NCBI GenBank assembly: GCA_965238005.1 | Contig: OZ250165.1 | Location: forward strand, 1,984,001-2,048,000 | Length of the DNA stretch: 64,000 nucleotides | From: Longimicrobiales bacterium | GTDB lineage: Bacteria > Gemmatimonadota > Gemmatimonadetes > Longimicrobiales > Gaopeijiaceae | Direction: 5' to 3' | Shown here: one piece after another, positions 47,950 to 57,695 of the stretch | Numbering within the stretch: position 1 is the first letter of the stretch | Layout of the letters: every line of letters starts with the position of its first letter | Notes under the pieces: generated by a model | What the model saw: the letters and a program-made list of their open reading frames with translations, nothing else | Told to the model about the DNA's origin: nothing | The model's database searches: none | Position numbers and translations under genes: made by a program

Positions 47950-50043
47950 TCAGAAGAGTCGGATCTGGAAGCGGAGGGTTCGTCCCGGCTGCGGCAATCC
48001 GCACTGATCGAAGATGGCTCTGTCCGTAACGTTCGCCAAGGAGACCAGCGCGTCGACCTTGGAGAATGTCCTGCGCCCTTCCAGCAGGAAAAGACGTCTG
48101 ACCTGGAGGTCCAGCCTGTGCGTCTCGTCGAGGCGGTCGAAGTCGCCGCTGTCGACGTTCACACAGAACTGTCGCCCGAGGTATCGGTACTCCCCGGAGA
48201 CGGTCGTGGCGGCCACCACCGGGAGCCCCAGGCTCAGCCGGGCAGCGAGGTTGGGCTCATACTCGGGCCGTGTGCGATCGTCGCCGCCTCCCCCGAATTG
48301 CCATGCCTGCTGGAGGGTTACGTCGCCAGCGTACTCGAGGCTGCTCAGGGCCCCTGTGGCAACGATCTCGAGGCCTGTGCTCCGGATGCGGTCCCGGTTC
48401 ACTCGTTGGCGCTTGGGTCCCTCAGGCGTCTCCACGCCGATCCGGACGATGCCGTCGGAGAGGATCTGATGGAACCCCACGATCTGCAAGTCGAGCCCGG
48501 GAAGGTCCCAGGTCAATCCCATCTCCGCACCGGCGAGGATCTCGGGCTTCAGGTCCGGATTGGGCCGGAAGCGGCCCAGGGCGTCGGAGTACAGCTCCCG
48601 GAGCGAGGGGAAGCGCGCGCGACGGCTGACTCCTCCGTGAAGGAGCAATCTGTTGCCCGCCGTGAGCGACGAGAAGCCGAGGCGGGCACCCCAGTTCCAC
48701 AGGCGGCCCAACGGGGGCTTGTCCGCCGACTCGGGGGTGTCCGCTCCGTCGACGGCCAGGCCCACGTTGAGCCGTGTGGCGCCCAGGCTCTCCCACCCGG
48801 GCAGATCGTCGAACCGCCATTCCGCCTCGGTTCCCAGGCTCCACAAGCGCTGGCGGAATTCCCTCTCGCCCTCGCCGGTCACCCGTTCAGTGTGTGACAC
48901 GTCGCCATACGTCAACGCCGCGCGCACGTCCGCCCGGTGGCTGATGGTGTGATCCCCGAGAATACGCAACGTAAGGGTCCGGTCGTCTCCCTCCTCCTCA
49001 CCGATCACCGTCTCGTACTCGGCGGTGCCGAACTGCTGGATCCGGAAAGAGCCCACGTCGATCCCGAGGCTTGCCTCCAGGTCACCCTCGCCCCAGCTCG
49101 TCTCACGGATACCGGTGCCGCCGGAGAACGCAGCCACGAATCGCGACTGGTCCGGATATCGCCAGAGTCTCGGCTCGGACTCGTGCGTCTCGGGGGGAAC
49201 CCCGCGATCCACGTCGAAGCCGGAGACCGTCAGCGAGGTCCAGGCGCCGCTATTCCCCTGGTAGCGCGTGGAGACGAACCCGTCGACGTGCCTGGAGTCA
49301 CTGTTGAGTCGCAGGTCTCCGTCCCGGGTGAGCAGCGCCCTCTCCCCGGGCTCCATGGAGTCCGAGTCTGGTAGGGTGATTCCGGACCGGTCCCTGAATC
49401 CAGCCCCAGCCTGGAGGAGCCACTGGCCGTCTCCGGACTCGATGAGCCGGGCCCCGGTGGCTCCGACCGTCAGCCCTCCCGTCTCGTCAACCGCCACGCT
49501 GAAGGTCGCAGGCGCGGGCTGCTCCATTCGCAGGTTTCCCCGCGCCACATCCACCTCCACGACGCCGGCGAGGACGTTCGGCCCGTGGAGGACCGACGAA
49601 AGCCCGCGCAGAAGGTTCACGGAGCGGGCCGCGGTCAGGGGGATGATCGAGAGATCGGTGCGATGATCCCAGCCCAGCGTCAGGGGAACGCCATCCACCA
49701 GAACCGCGATTTGCCGATCGGTGGCGCCACGCAGGCTGGGCTGAGCCTCGCCCCGGGAATTCACCCGAATCCGAACGAGAGGCATCTCCCGTAGCGCCTG
49801 CTCCAGCGTGGGAATCGGAACCGCGCCGAGGGAATCGAGGCGCAGCTCCACCGCGCCGACTCCTCCGGTAGCCGTGAGCTTCTGCCGGGCCAGCACCCGG
49901 ATCTCGGTCATGCGGAAGCTCTGCGGATACCCACCGAGCGTGTCCGACTGGATGGAGTCGGGAATCTGTGCGGCAGAAAAGCTCGGCAGCCCCAGGATCG
50001 CCACGTAAAGCCCGGAAAGGGTTCCGATGGTCGATCTACGCAT
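47950..50043 (-). CDS. TonB-dependent outer-membrane receptor
   Basis: Signal peptide; plug motifs LRG...VLVDGVP, RG.SSVLHG...LAGVV; NPDLKPE; C-terminal PGR......LF. Confidence 0.9.
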   Translation of the reverse strand: MRRSTIGTLSGLYVAILGLPSFSAAQIPDSIQSDTLGGYPQSFRMTEIRVLARQKLTATGGVGAVELRLDSLGAVPIPTLEQALREMPLVRIRVNSRGEAQPSLRGATDRQIAVLVDGVPLTLGWDHRTDLSIIPLTAARSVNLLRGLSSVLHGPNVLAGVVEVDVARGNLRMEQPAPATFSVAVDETGGLTVGATGARLIESGDGQWLLQAGAGFRDRSGITLPDSDSMEPGERALLTRDGDLRLNSDSRHVDGFVSTRYQGNSGAWTSLTVSGFDVDRGVPPETHESEPRLWRYPDQSRFVAAFSGGTGIRETSWGEGDLEASLGIDVGSFRIQQFGTAEYETVIGEEEGDDRTLTLRILGDHTISHRADVRAALTYGDVSHTERVTGEGEREFRQRLWSLGTEAEWRFDDLPGWESLGATRLNVGLAVDGADTPESADKPPLGRLWNWGARLGFSSLTAGNRLLLHGGVSRRARFPSLRELYSDALGRFRPNPDLKPEILAGAEMGLTWDLPGLDLQIVGFHQILSDGIVRIGVETPEGPKRQRVNRDRIRSTGLEIVATGALSSLEYAGDVTLQQAWQFGGGGDDRTRPEYEPNLAARLSLGLPVVAATTVSGEYRYLGRQFCVNVDSGDFDRLDETHRLDLQVRRLFLLEGRRTFSKVDALVSLANVTDRAIFDQCGLPQPGRTLRFQIRLF

Positions 50044-50250
50044 TTCGCCTACGGATGATGGCCTGCCTCCGTAATCGGTGTCTCAAGTGGACTCCGGGGG
50101 CCCTCTAACCAGGGCGACGCCCTCGGGACGGGCGAGGATGGCTCTTCGAGGCGGTGATAGTCCGGTTGTCGCCTTTTGTTCCGGGAAACCGAGGCCCCTC
50201 CGTTCAAAGTGTTGGACAGCCTCCACCGGGGAGCATATTCTGGTCTCTGG

Positions 50251-50299
50251 AAGGCTGTTGGGCATCTGCAACGCGACCCACTGTACTTCCTCAACAGCC
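50251..50299. mobile_element. Degenerate mini copy of MITE family B
   Basis: AAGGCTGTTG...CACTGTACTTCCTCAACAGCC versus CACTGTACTTCTTCAATAGCC at 38727-38747. Confidence 0.55.
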
Positions 50300-50333
50300 G
50301 TCGAGCTCAGCCCCTTTCTCGGTGAGGTTAACG

Positions 50334-51644
50334 ATGTCAACGCGACGCGAGTTCTTGGCCACAATGTCCGTACCAGCCGCCGTCGCCACCCGCGGATTCC
50401 CGGGCACTCCTACGATATTCCGGCCCTCGGCCCCCGAGATCCTGGAGTCGCTGTCCCACTACTCGGGCACCCCCAGAGAAGTGGCCCGGAACGAGGACTA
50501 TTGGTCCGAGGTGGCTCAAGCGTTCACGGTGGACCGCAGCCTGATCAACTTCAACAACGGGGGTGTGAGCCCCTCGCCCGCGTTCGTCCAGGAGGCCATG
50601 AAGCGTCACCTGGACTTCTCGAACCTGGCTCCGTCCTACACCATGTGGGACATCCTGGAGCCGAGGCAGGAGACGGTTCGCAAGAGGATGGCCCGTGAGT
50701 GGGGCGTGGAGGCCGAGGAGATCGCCATCACCAGAAACTCCTCGGAGAGCCTGCAGATCTGTCAGTTGGGGTACGACCTGAAACGGGGCGACGAGGTTCT
50801 GACCTCCACCCAGGACTACGGGCGCATGATCACGACCTTCAAGCAGCGCGAGCGGCGCGAAGGGATCGTGCTGAAGCAGTTCGACCTCCCGGTCCCGGCT
50901 GAGGACCCATCAGAGGTGGTGCGGCTGTTCGAGGAGGGAATCACCGAGAACACGCGCCTGATCCTCATGTGTCACATGATCAATCTCACGGGCCAGATCC
51001 TGCCCGTGAAGGACGTGGTCGCCATGGCCCGACGCCATGACATCACCGTCATCGTCGACGGCGCCCACGCCCTGGCACACTTCGACTTCAAGATCTCGGA
51101 CCTGGAGTGCGACAACTACTCCGCGAGTCTCCACAAGTGGCTGTTCGCGCCGCACGGCACGGGCCTTCTGTACGTTCGCCGGGAGGTCATTCCCGACATC
51201 TGGCCCCTCATGGCGGCCCGCGAGCGCATGGACGGCGACATCCGCAAGTTCGAGGAGATCGGCACGCACCCGGCGGCAAACCACCTCGCGATCGCCGAGG
51301 CCCTCACCTTCCATCAGGGAATCGGGTCGAAGCGGAAGACCGAGCGACTGGTCTACCTGAGGGATCGGTGGGCGAGGCGGCTCCTTGAGCACGACCGGAT
51401 TCGCGTACACACCAGCCTCGAGCCCGGCTTCGCGTGTGGCATCGGAAACGTGCAGATCGAAGGGGAGGACACGGTCGAGCTGAAGAACTGGTTGTGGAAC
51501 GAACAGCGGATCCTCACGGTTTCCATAAATCATGCACAGTTCCAGGGCCTGCGGATCTCACCGAGTGTCTACTCGACGCTGGAGGAGGTGGACCGCTTCA
51601 TCGAGGCCATGGAATACGTCATGAAGAAGGGACTCCCGGCCTGA
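50334..51644 (+). CDS. Class V PLP-dependent enzyme (isopenicillin-N-epimerase/PvdN-like) with Tat-like signal
   Basis: MSTRREFL; NNGGVSP, VDGAH, SLHKWL.AP.GTG; GAGG RBS. Confidence 0.88.
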   Translation: MSTRREFLATMSVPAAVATRGFPGTPTIFRPSAPEILESLSHYSGTPREVARNEDYWSEVAQAFTVDRSLINFNNGGVSPSPAFVQEAMKRHLDFSNLAPSYTMWDILEPRQETVRKRMAREWGVEAEEIAITRNSSESLQICQLGYDLKRGDEVLTSTQDYGRMITTFKQRERREGIVLKQFDLPVPAEDPSEVVRLFEEGITENTRLILMCHMINLTGQILPVKDVVAMARRHDITVIVDGAHALAHFDFKISDLECDNYSASLHKWLFAPHGTGLLYVRREVIPDIWPLMAARERMDGDIRKFEEIGTHPAANHLAIAEALTFHQGIGSKRKTERLVYLRDRWARRLLEHDRIRVHTSLEPGFACGIGNVQIEGEDTVELKNWLWNEQRILTVSINHAQFQGLRISPSVYSTLEEVDRFIEAMEYVMKKGLPA

Positions 51645-51708
51645 GCGGCGTCGGAGGGCAACCCCGTAGTGCCCCGAGTCCTGATCCCGTAGAGATGCGC
51701 CTCTGAGC

Positions 51709-51885
51709 GTGCTCTCATCCGTGCTTTTCGCCCTGGTCCAGGCGGGAGCCACCTGGGTCGCAGGACCTCCCCTTCCCGAGCCGATGGCGAACAACGCCGT
51801 CGCCGGAGTCATGACTGCCGGGGGGCCTGCCGTGCTCTCATTCCTCGGCCTCGACCGAACCCGTGCATGGAGTGGGGTGGGATAC
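51709..51885 (+). pseudogene. N-terminal fragment of a secreted Kelch-repeat protein
   Basis: Signal-like start, then W..GPPLPEPMANNAVA...VLSFLGL; decays after ~58 codons. Confidence 0.5.
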
Positions 51886-51955
51886 ACCGGGTCCGGGTGC
51901 CCGCGGAGGGTCTGGCCGATGGAATGAGGAAAATCAGAGGCGAGGATTGATCATC

Positions 51956-53131
51956 ATGAAGCGGCGGCACCGACGGCTTCCCGACCGGCGTTCACTGCTC
52001 TTCGATGCGCCGCGGTGGGCCACGGTGCTCCTCGCAGCGATCCTGTTGGCGGTGGGTCAGTCCGAGCTCAGTGCCCAATCGAGCTGGGACGAGAGCATCG
52101 AGGCCTTCTCAGCCGCCCTCGCCCGGGACGTCGAGACGGACGGGATCGGGAGTATTACGGCCGCCGTCTTCGTGGGCGACGAGGTGACCTGGTCCCGGAG
52201 CTTTGGCGTCACCGACCGGAATACGCGCCGGCCCGCCGGCCCGAGGAGCATCTATCGGACGGGATCGATCTCCAAGTCCGTCACGGCCGTGCTCATGATG
52301 CTATTGGTCCAGGACGGAGTCCTGGCGTTGGATGATCTTGTTGCCGGAGTTCTGCCCGAGGTGGAGGAGCTGACGGATGCCAAGCCCGGACAAGCCCCTC
52401 TGACCTTCCGTCATCTGGCCAGTCATACCGGAGGCCTGATTCGGGAGCCGGAGGTGGAGGGCGCAGCCTCCGGACCCATAAGAGGTTGGGAATCAAAGAT
52501 CCTCGAGTCGACTCCGGCGACCCGGTATCAGACCGCGCCCGGCGAGGCGTACTCGTACTCGAACATCGGTTACGGCATCCTCGGCCTCGCTTTGTCGCGG
52601 GCCGCGAGACGGCCGTTCATGGAGCTCGTGGAGGAGCGCATCTTCGAGCCCCTCGGGATGTCCTCGTCCACCTTCGTGGTGGGCAGCTCCCTTCGGCGTC
52701 GCCTGGCGGCCGGCTACCTGAACCGGAACGGCGAGATCGATGCGGATTTCCCGGCTCGGGAGCACGCCGGCCGGGGGTACAAGGTCCCCAACGGGGGCGT
52801 GTACTCCACGGTGGGCGATCTGGCTCGCTTCGCCGCCGGCGTGACCGGAGCCCTGGAGCTGCTCAACCAGGATACGCGGGCCGCCATGCTCTCGATCCAG
52901 ACCCCTGAGAGCGAGGTCCAGGGATACGGGCTGGGCTTCAGCATTCGCCGAGACGGCGACGGGACCTGGTGGGCCAGCCACGGAGGCTCGGTGGCCGGGT
53001 ACAACGCGCATCTGCTGTTCCAGCCGGAATCCCAGCTCGGCGTGGTGCTCCTGAGGAACTACAACCGGGGCGAGACGAACCTGGGTCAGGCGGCCCTGGA
53101 CTTGGCCCGCAACCTCCACTCGGGCCTATAG
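51956..53131 (+). CDS. Serine hydrolase, beta-lactamase class C / PBP-like family
   Basis: GSISK (SxxK), LASHTGG, YSYSN, HGG; signal peptide. Confidence 0.9.
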   Translation: MKRRHRRLPDRRSLLFDAPRWATVLLAAILLAVGQSELSAQSSWDESIEAFSAALARDVETDGIGSITAAVFVGDEVTWSRSFGVTDRNTRRPAGPRSIYRTGSISKSVTAVLMMLLVQDGVLALDDLVAGVLPEVEELTDAKPGQAPLTFRHLASHTGGLIREPEVEGAASGPIRGWESKILESTPATRYQTAPGEAYSYSNIGYGILGLALSRAARRPFMELVEERIFEPLGMSSSTFVVGSSLRRRLAAGYLNRNGEIDADFPAREHAGRGYKVPNGGVYSTVGDLARFAAGVTGALELLNQDTRAAMLSIQTPESEVQGYGLGFSIRRDGDGTWWASHGGSVAGYNAHLLFQPESQLGVVLLRNYNRGETNLGQAALDLARNLHSGL

Positions 53132-53133
53132 CG

Positions 53134-54015
53134 CTATCCCGGAAAGTCGAGCCCGAAGTCCAGGACCGGCGCCGAGTGGGTGATCCATCCACTCGAGATG
53201 TAGTCGACGCCGGTTTCCGCGATGTCCCGGACGGTGTCGACGGTCACGTGCCCCGATGCCTCCAGCCGCGCCCGACCATCGACCTTCTCGACGGCTTCTC
53301 GGAGCACGGATGGAGCCATGTTATCCAGCAGGATCACCGCCGCTCCGCCCGCAAGGGCTTCATCGAGCTGGGCGAGGGTGTCGACCTCTATCTCGATGGG
53401 CGTGAGAGGACCGGCCGATGCCTGGGCGGCCGCCAGGGCCTCAGCTACTCCACCAGCCACCGCGATGTGGTTGTCCTTGATCAGGATCGCCCCATCGAGC
53501 CCGAGTCGATGATTCACACCGCCACCGGCGCGCACCGCGTATTTCTCTAGCGCTCGTAGCCCGGGCGTGGTCTTCCGGGTGCAGCAGATCCTCGCCCTCG
53601 TGCTCTCGACGGCCTGGACCAGCCCCCTCGTGGCCGTGGCGACCCCCGACAGGTGGCCCAGAAAGTTCAAGGCCGTGCGCTCCGCGGTCAAGATCGACCG
53701 GGATGCGCCTTCCACCACGGCCACCACGTCCCCTCGTCCCACGGTGGACCCGTCGCTCGCACAAAAGCGGACCGTGAGCCCCGAGTCGACGAGTGTGAAA
53801 GCCAGGGTCGCCGCCTGGGCGCCCGCCAAAACCCCCGTGTCCCTCGCGACGATCTCTGCCTTCATCAGGGCCTTGGGGGCGACCACGGAGCGTGTGGTGA
53901 CGTCCCCGGCCAGACCGAGGTCTTCCTCGAGGGCGTGGCGTACGGTGGCCTCGACCAGGATCTCAGGGAGCGATGAAATGTCGCGCTCGGCCTCTGACTC
54001 GGCCTGAGAGGACAT
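53134..54015 (-). CDS. nadC: Quinolinate phosphoribosyltransferase
   Basis: ALEEDLG.AGDVT, TRKTTPGLR, KDNH, EVDT, LLDN, EASG. Confidence 0.96.
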   Translation of the reverse strand: MSSQAESEAERDISSLPEILVEATVRHALEEDLGLAGDVTTRSVVAPKALMKAEIVARDTGVLAGAQAATLAFTLVDSGLTVRFCASDGSTVGRGDVVAVVEGASRSILTAERTALNFLGHLSGVATATRGLVQAVESTRARICCTRKTTPGLRALEKYAVRAGGGVNHRLGLDGAILIKDNHIAVAGGVAEALAAAQASAGPLTPIEIEVDTLAQLDEALAGGAAVILLDNMAPSVLREAVEKVDGRARLEASGHVTVDTVRDIAETGVDYISSGWITHSAPVLDFGLDFPG

Positions 54016-54020
54016 GGAGG

Positions 54021-55100
54021 TCAGGCCGGCACGCTCACTGCCGAATCGACGGTCTCCCGGTCCTCGACCACCACTTCGGGAGGCACGCCACCCGAGAAGC
54101 CTCTTCCCGTCGTCTGGAGATCGACCATGCGCTGCACCGACTTCCGTGCACGGATCGCCATCTCTTCCGGGATGGTGACCTCGTAGCGCATCAGCTGGAG
54201 GCTCTCGAGGATGTTCTGCAGGGTGATCTGCTTCATGTGGGGGCAGAGATTGCAGGGCTGAATGAACTCCACATCCGGCGTCTCCGCCGCCACGTTGTCG
54301 CTCATGGAGCACTCGGTGACCATCATGACCCGAGGGGGTCGGCGCTCCTTCACGTAGCGGATCATTCCCGCCGTGGACCCCGCGTAGTCCACCTCAGCGA
54401 TCAGGTCCGGCGAGCACTCGGGATGGGCAAGTACCACGAGGTCGGGTGTGTTCTCGCGGTACTGCCGGATCTCCTCGGCCGTGAAGCGCTCGTGGACCTC
54501 ACAGCGTCCCTGCCACGCGATCACCTCGACGTCGGTCTGAGCCGCCACGTTCTTGGTGAGATACTCGTCAGGCAGGAGGATCACCCGATCCACGCCCAGA
54601 GATTCGACGATCTCGACCGCGTTCGATGAGGTGCAGCAGATGTCCGCTTCCGCCTTCACGTCGGCCGACGTGTTCACGTAGGTCACGACCGGCACGCCCG
54701 GATACTTCTCCTTGAGAAGCCGCACGTCCTGACCCGTCACCGATGCCGCCAGCGAGCACCCGGCTTCGAGGCTGGGGATCAGCACCGTCTTGTCGGGCGA
54801 CAGAAGCTTCGAGGTCTCCGCCATGAAGTGGACGCCGGCTTGGACGATGATCTCCGCGTCCGTGTCCCGCGCCTGAATGGAGAGCTGCAGCGAGTCCCCG
54901 ACGAAGTCGGCCACGCAGTGATAGATATCCGGTGTCTGGTAGTTATGAGCCAGAATGACGGCGTTCTCGGCCTTCTTGAGCTCGTTGATGGCGTGAATGT
55001 GCGGCGCCACCACTGGCCACTCGACGGGTGGAATGAACTCCTTCACCCGCTCCAGGAGAGGAGTTGTCGCACGTGCGACCTCGGGCGTGTATTCGAGCAT
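54021..55100 (-). CDS. nadA: Quinolinate synthase A
   Basis: [38 protein letters not shown]. Confidence 0.96.
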   Translation of the reverse strand: MLEYTPEVARATTPLLERVKEFIPPVEWPVVAPHIHAINELKKAENAVILAHNYQTPDIYHCVADFVGDSLQLSIQARDTDAEIIVQAGVHFMAETSKLLSPDKTVLIPSLEAGCSLAASVTGQDVRLLKEKYPGVPVVTYVNTSADVKAEADICCTSSNAVEIVESLGVDRVILLPDEYLTKNVAAQTDVEVIAWQGRCEVHERFTAEEIRQYRENTPDLVVLAHPECSPDLIAEVDYAGSTAGMIRYVKERRPPRVMMVTECSMSDNVAAETPDVEFIQPCNLCPHMKQITLQNILESLQLMRYEVTIPEEMAIRARKSVQRMVDLQTTGRGFSGGVPPEVVVEDRETVDSAVSVPA

Positions 55101-55278
55101 CTGTCTCTACGTGGCAGAGCGGTCCGATCGTTCGAATCCCACCGACCGTTCTGGCTGTGAATCGAGTCCCTGCAACCCTCGAGGGTTTTGCAGCGAACAG
55201 TAGATGTAGGTCGTACAAAATACCCGTGTACAGGGTCCGTGCTCAAGAGTACGTAAGTATCGGGGTTCCCAGACCTCT

Positions 55279-56157
55279 TCACTCGTTCGCGGGTGGCGCC
55301 GCCCCGCCACCGTTACCTCCGTCGCCGGCGATGCTGATCTCGTAGGAGCCCTCGTAGCGGACAAACAGGCGTCGAAAGAAGTCGACCGCCTCTCCTGGGG
55401 GCAAGGTGAGGGCTTCTTCCACGTCGCTGTTCCAAGGGAACCGCTTCTTTCTATCGGGTCGGTTCAGGTAACCGGTCTCGTACGCTTCTCCGGGTGTCAG
55501 CCCCGGCGCGTCCGTCCGGTCCGCATCCACCAGGAAGGCGTTGTTGTACTCGAGATGCACCAGTGAGTACCCGTGCCGATCCGCCAACTCGCCCAGCGTG
55601 ACGATGCTCTGACCATAGAAATGACTCTGGTCCCACCTGTGCTCGGGATGGAAACCGACCGAGAACGCCAAGGGCGGCGGGATCTTCTCGTTGATCTCGG
55701 CAACGACGATGGTGGGGCGAAAGCGCTCCAGCAGGCTCGCCAGAACGTGATGGTCGTAGGAGTCGATATCCAGGCTCAACACCCCGAAGTCTCGCGGGAC
55801 TCCATGGCCCTCCAGGAGGGCGGCCACATTGAGGGGCGTCACACGAGCGCCTGACACCGAGACCCATTCCTGGCCGGCGAAATTCGCGGCCAGGACGGCG
55901 AGAGTGGGGGGATCACACTCGAAGAAGACGCCGCGCCAGCCTCCCAGGGCCAGTCTGGCGGTGTTCGAGTCCTTTGCCCCGTCCCCGGCCCCGACGTCCA
56001 CGAAGTAGGGCTCGATCTCAAGGCCCCGGATCAGATCCTGGATGACCGCCTCCTCGCCCTGCCGGGACAATCCGGTCCGGCCGAGGCCACTCGGCCTTCT
56101 GTGCAGGCGAAGACCGAGGGGTGCGAGGAGCCTGTTGATCAGTGAGCCGAGGGTCAT
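55279..56157 (-). CDS. FkbM-like SAM-dependent methyltransferase
   Basis: S.QGEE, FVDVGAGDG...SNT..L...GWRG..FE, LSLDIDSYD. Confidence 0.75.
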   Translation of the reverse strand: MTLGSLINRLLAPLGLRLHRRPSGLGRTGLSRQGEEAVIQDLIRGLEIEPYFVDVGAGDGAKDSNTARLALGGWRGVFFECDPPTLAVLAANFAGQEWVSVSGARVTPLNVAALLEGHGVPRDFGVLSLDIDSYDHHVLASLLERFRPTIVVAEINEKIPPPLAFSVGFHPEHRWDQSHFYGQSIVTLGELADRHGYSLVHLEYNNAFLVDADRTDAPGLTPGEAYETGYLNRPDRKKRFPWNSDVEEALTLPPGEAVDFFRRLFVRYEGSYEISIAGDGGNGGGAAPPANE

Positions 56158-56230
56158 GGATCCTTTTCTCGCCTCACGCACGCCGAGGGCAGATTTCCGG
56201 GTGTCGTCCAGACGCTCAAAGCCACAGGGC

Positions 56231-57214
56231 CTAGGAGTGTCCCTGCACGCCCTGAGGTCGATAGGGCGCCTCGAGCCGCTCGATCTCTGCCGACTCCAGC
56301 TGCAGCCCGACAGCCCGCACGGCCGCATCAAGGTGGGAGAGCTTCGTCGCGCCCACGATGGGAGCGGCGACGGCAGGCTTCGAGAGGAGCCAGGCGAGGG
56401 ATACCTCGGCCGCGGATACCCCCCGCTCCTCGGCCACCGATCGTACCGCCGTCACGATATCCCAGCCCGAAGGGTCTTTGTAGAGGTCCTGGGCATACGT
56501 ATCGGCCGCGGCACGGGGCGTCGACTGGCGGTCGTCCAAGGAGGTCCGCGTCCCCGCCAGAATCCCCCGGGCCAGGGGGGACCACGGGATCACGCCGATC
56601 CCCTCCGCCTCACAAAGCGGAATCATCTCCCGCTCCTCTTCGCGGTAGATCAGGTTGTAGTGGTTCTGCATCGAGACGAAGCGGGCCCATCCATTCCTCT
56701 CTGAGACGCCGAGAGCCCGGGCGAGCTGCCACGCCCACCCGGAGCTGGCGCCGATGTAGCGCACCTTTCCCGACTGGACCAGGTGGTCGAGGGCCGCCAA
56801 TGTCTCCTCGATGGGCGTCTCCGGGTCGAAACGGTGGATCTGGTACAGGTCGATGGCCTCCACTCCCAGCCGTCCCAGGCTCGCCTCACACGCCTCGACG
56901 ATGTGCTTGCGCGACAGCCCCCCGAGATTCGGGCCCCCTCCCATGGGGAAGAAGACCTTCGTCGCGATCACGAGCTCGCCCCGGGTGCCGTACTCTCGAA
57001 GTGCCCTCCCCGTCACCTCCTCACTCACTCCCAACGAGTACATGTCGGCGGTGTCGAAGTAGTTGATCCCTGACTCGATGGCCCGTCGGAAGAACGGCCG
57101 GGCCTCGTCCTCGTCGAGAACCCACGGGCGCCACTCCGAGGTGCCGTAGCTCATGCACCCAAGGCAGAGGCGGGAGACCTCGAGGCCGGTGGAGCCAAGT
57201 GTAGTGTATTCCAG
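56231..57214 (-). CDS. Aldo/keto reductase; probable CTG start
   Basis: (L)EYTTLGSTGLEVSRLCLGCMSYG, FDTADMYS, IDLYQIHR, GKVRYIGAS, WSPLARG. Confidence 0.92.
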   Translation of the reverse strand: MEYTTLGSTGLEVSRLCLGCMSYGTSEWRPWVLDEDEARPFFRRAIESGINYFDTADMYSLGVSEEVTGRALREYGTRGELVIATKVFFPMGGGPNLGGLSRKHIVEACEASLGRLGVEAIDLYQIHRFDPETPIEETLAALDHLVQSGKVRYIGASSGWAWQLARALGVSERNGWARFVSMQNHYNLIYREEEREMIPLCEAEGIGVIPWSPLARGILAGTRTSLDDRQSTPRAAADTYAQDLYKDPSGWDIVTAVRSVAEERGVSAAEVSLAWLLSKPAVAAPIVGATKLSHLDAAVRAVGLQLESAEIERLEAPYRPQGVQGHS

Positions 57215-57250
57215 GTCGGTGTCGCTCCAGGCGCCTGCTGAAGGCCGAAC

Positions 57251-57511
57251 TCAGTCCTCCGCCGTCTCCATTACGGCAATACTCAGGCCCTCGGCTACAA
57301 GGACCTGCTTTAGTGCCCACGCCCACGTAAATCCCGCACGCCGCAGGGGGATCAGACCCAAAGCGAACCCGAAGACAAATCCGAGAAGTACAGCCAGCAT
57401 GAGAGTCGCGAGGGATGATAGTCCCAGTGCGACCCCGATGACAACTCCCACGACCTCTCCAAGGCCGCAGCCCACCAGGCAATGTGCGGTCGCACTCGTG
57501 GCTAGTCTCAC
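57251..57511 (-). pseudogene. Fragment of a DUF4396-type membrane protein
   Basis: ATAHCLVGCGLGEVVG...SIAVME, then an early stop. Confidence 0.65.
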
Positions 57512-57695
57512 CCGCCCTTGGACGGGATCCGGGCGTGCTGCTGCGCGGTTTCACCACTCCGGCCAGATCGTGCGACAAGAGACTGTCGGAGCGACGGACT
57601 GCGCGACATGTTGGATCCGAAGGAGGTGAGCGGTGGTCCGTGAGCCGGAGCCGGGTGTGGGGATTTGAGAAGTCTCACTTGCGAGCAGGCAGACT

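Noticed and set aside
55150..55230. NAD+-I riboswitch upstream of nadA (ATCTACTG seen)
   Set aside because: The pairing partner and ACAACC element were not found by eye; kept only as an unassigned palindromic region
6186..56704. Long plus-strand ORFs antisense to housekeeping genes (e.g. 6186-7514, 34477-35607, 42361-43923)
   Set aside because: Shadow ORFs expected from high-GC codon bias; no motifs and fully overlapping confident genes
57648..57670. GCCGGGTGTGGGGATTTGA as a duplicated tRNA-Leu 3' end (att site)
   Set aside because: Several mismatches and a gap in about 20 nt of GC-rich sequence; not distinguishable from chance
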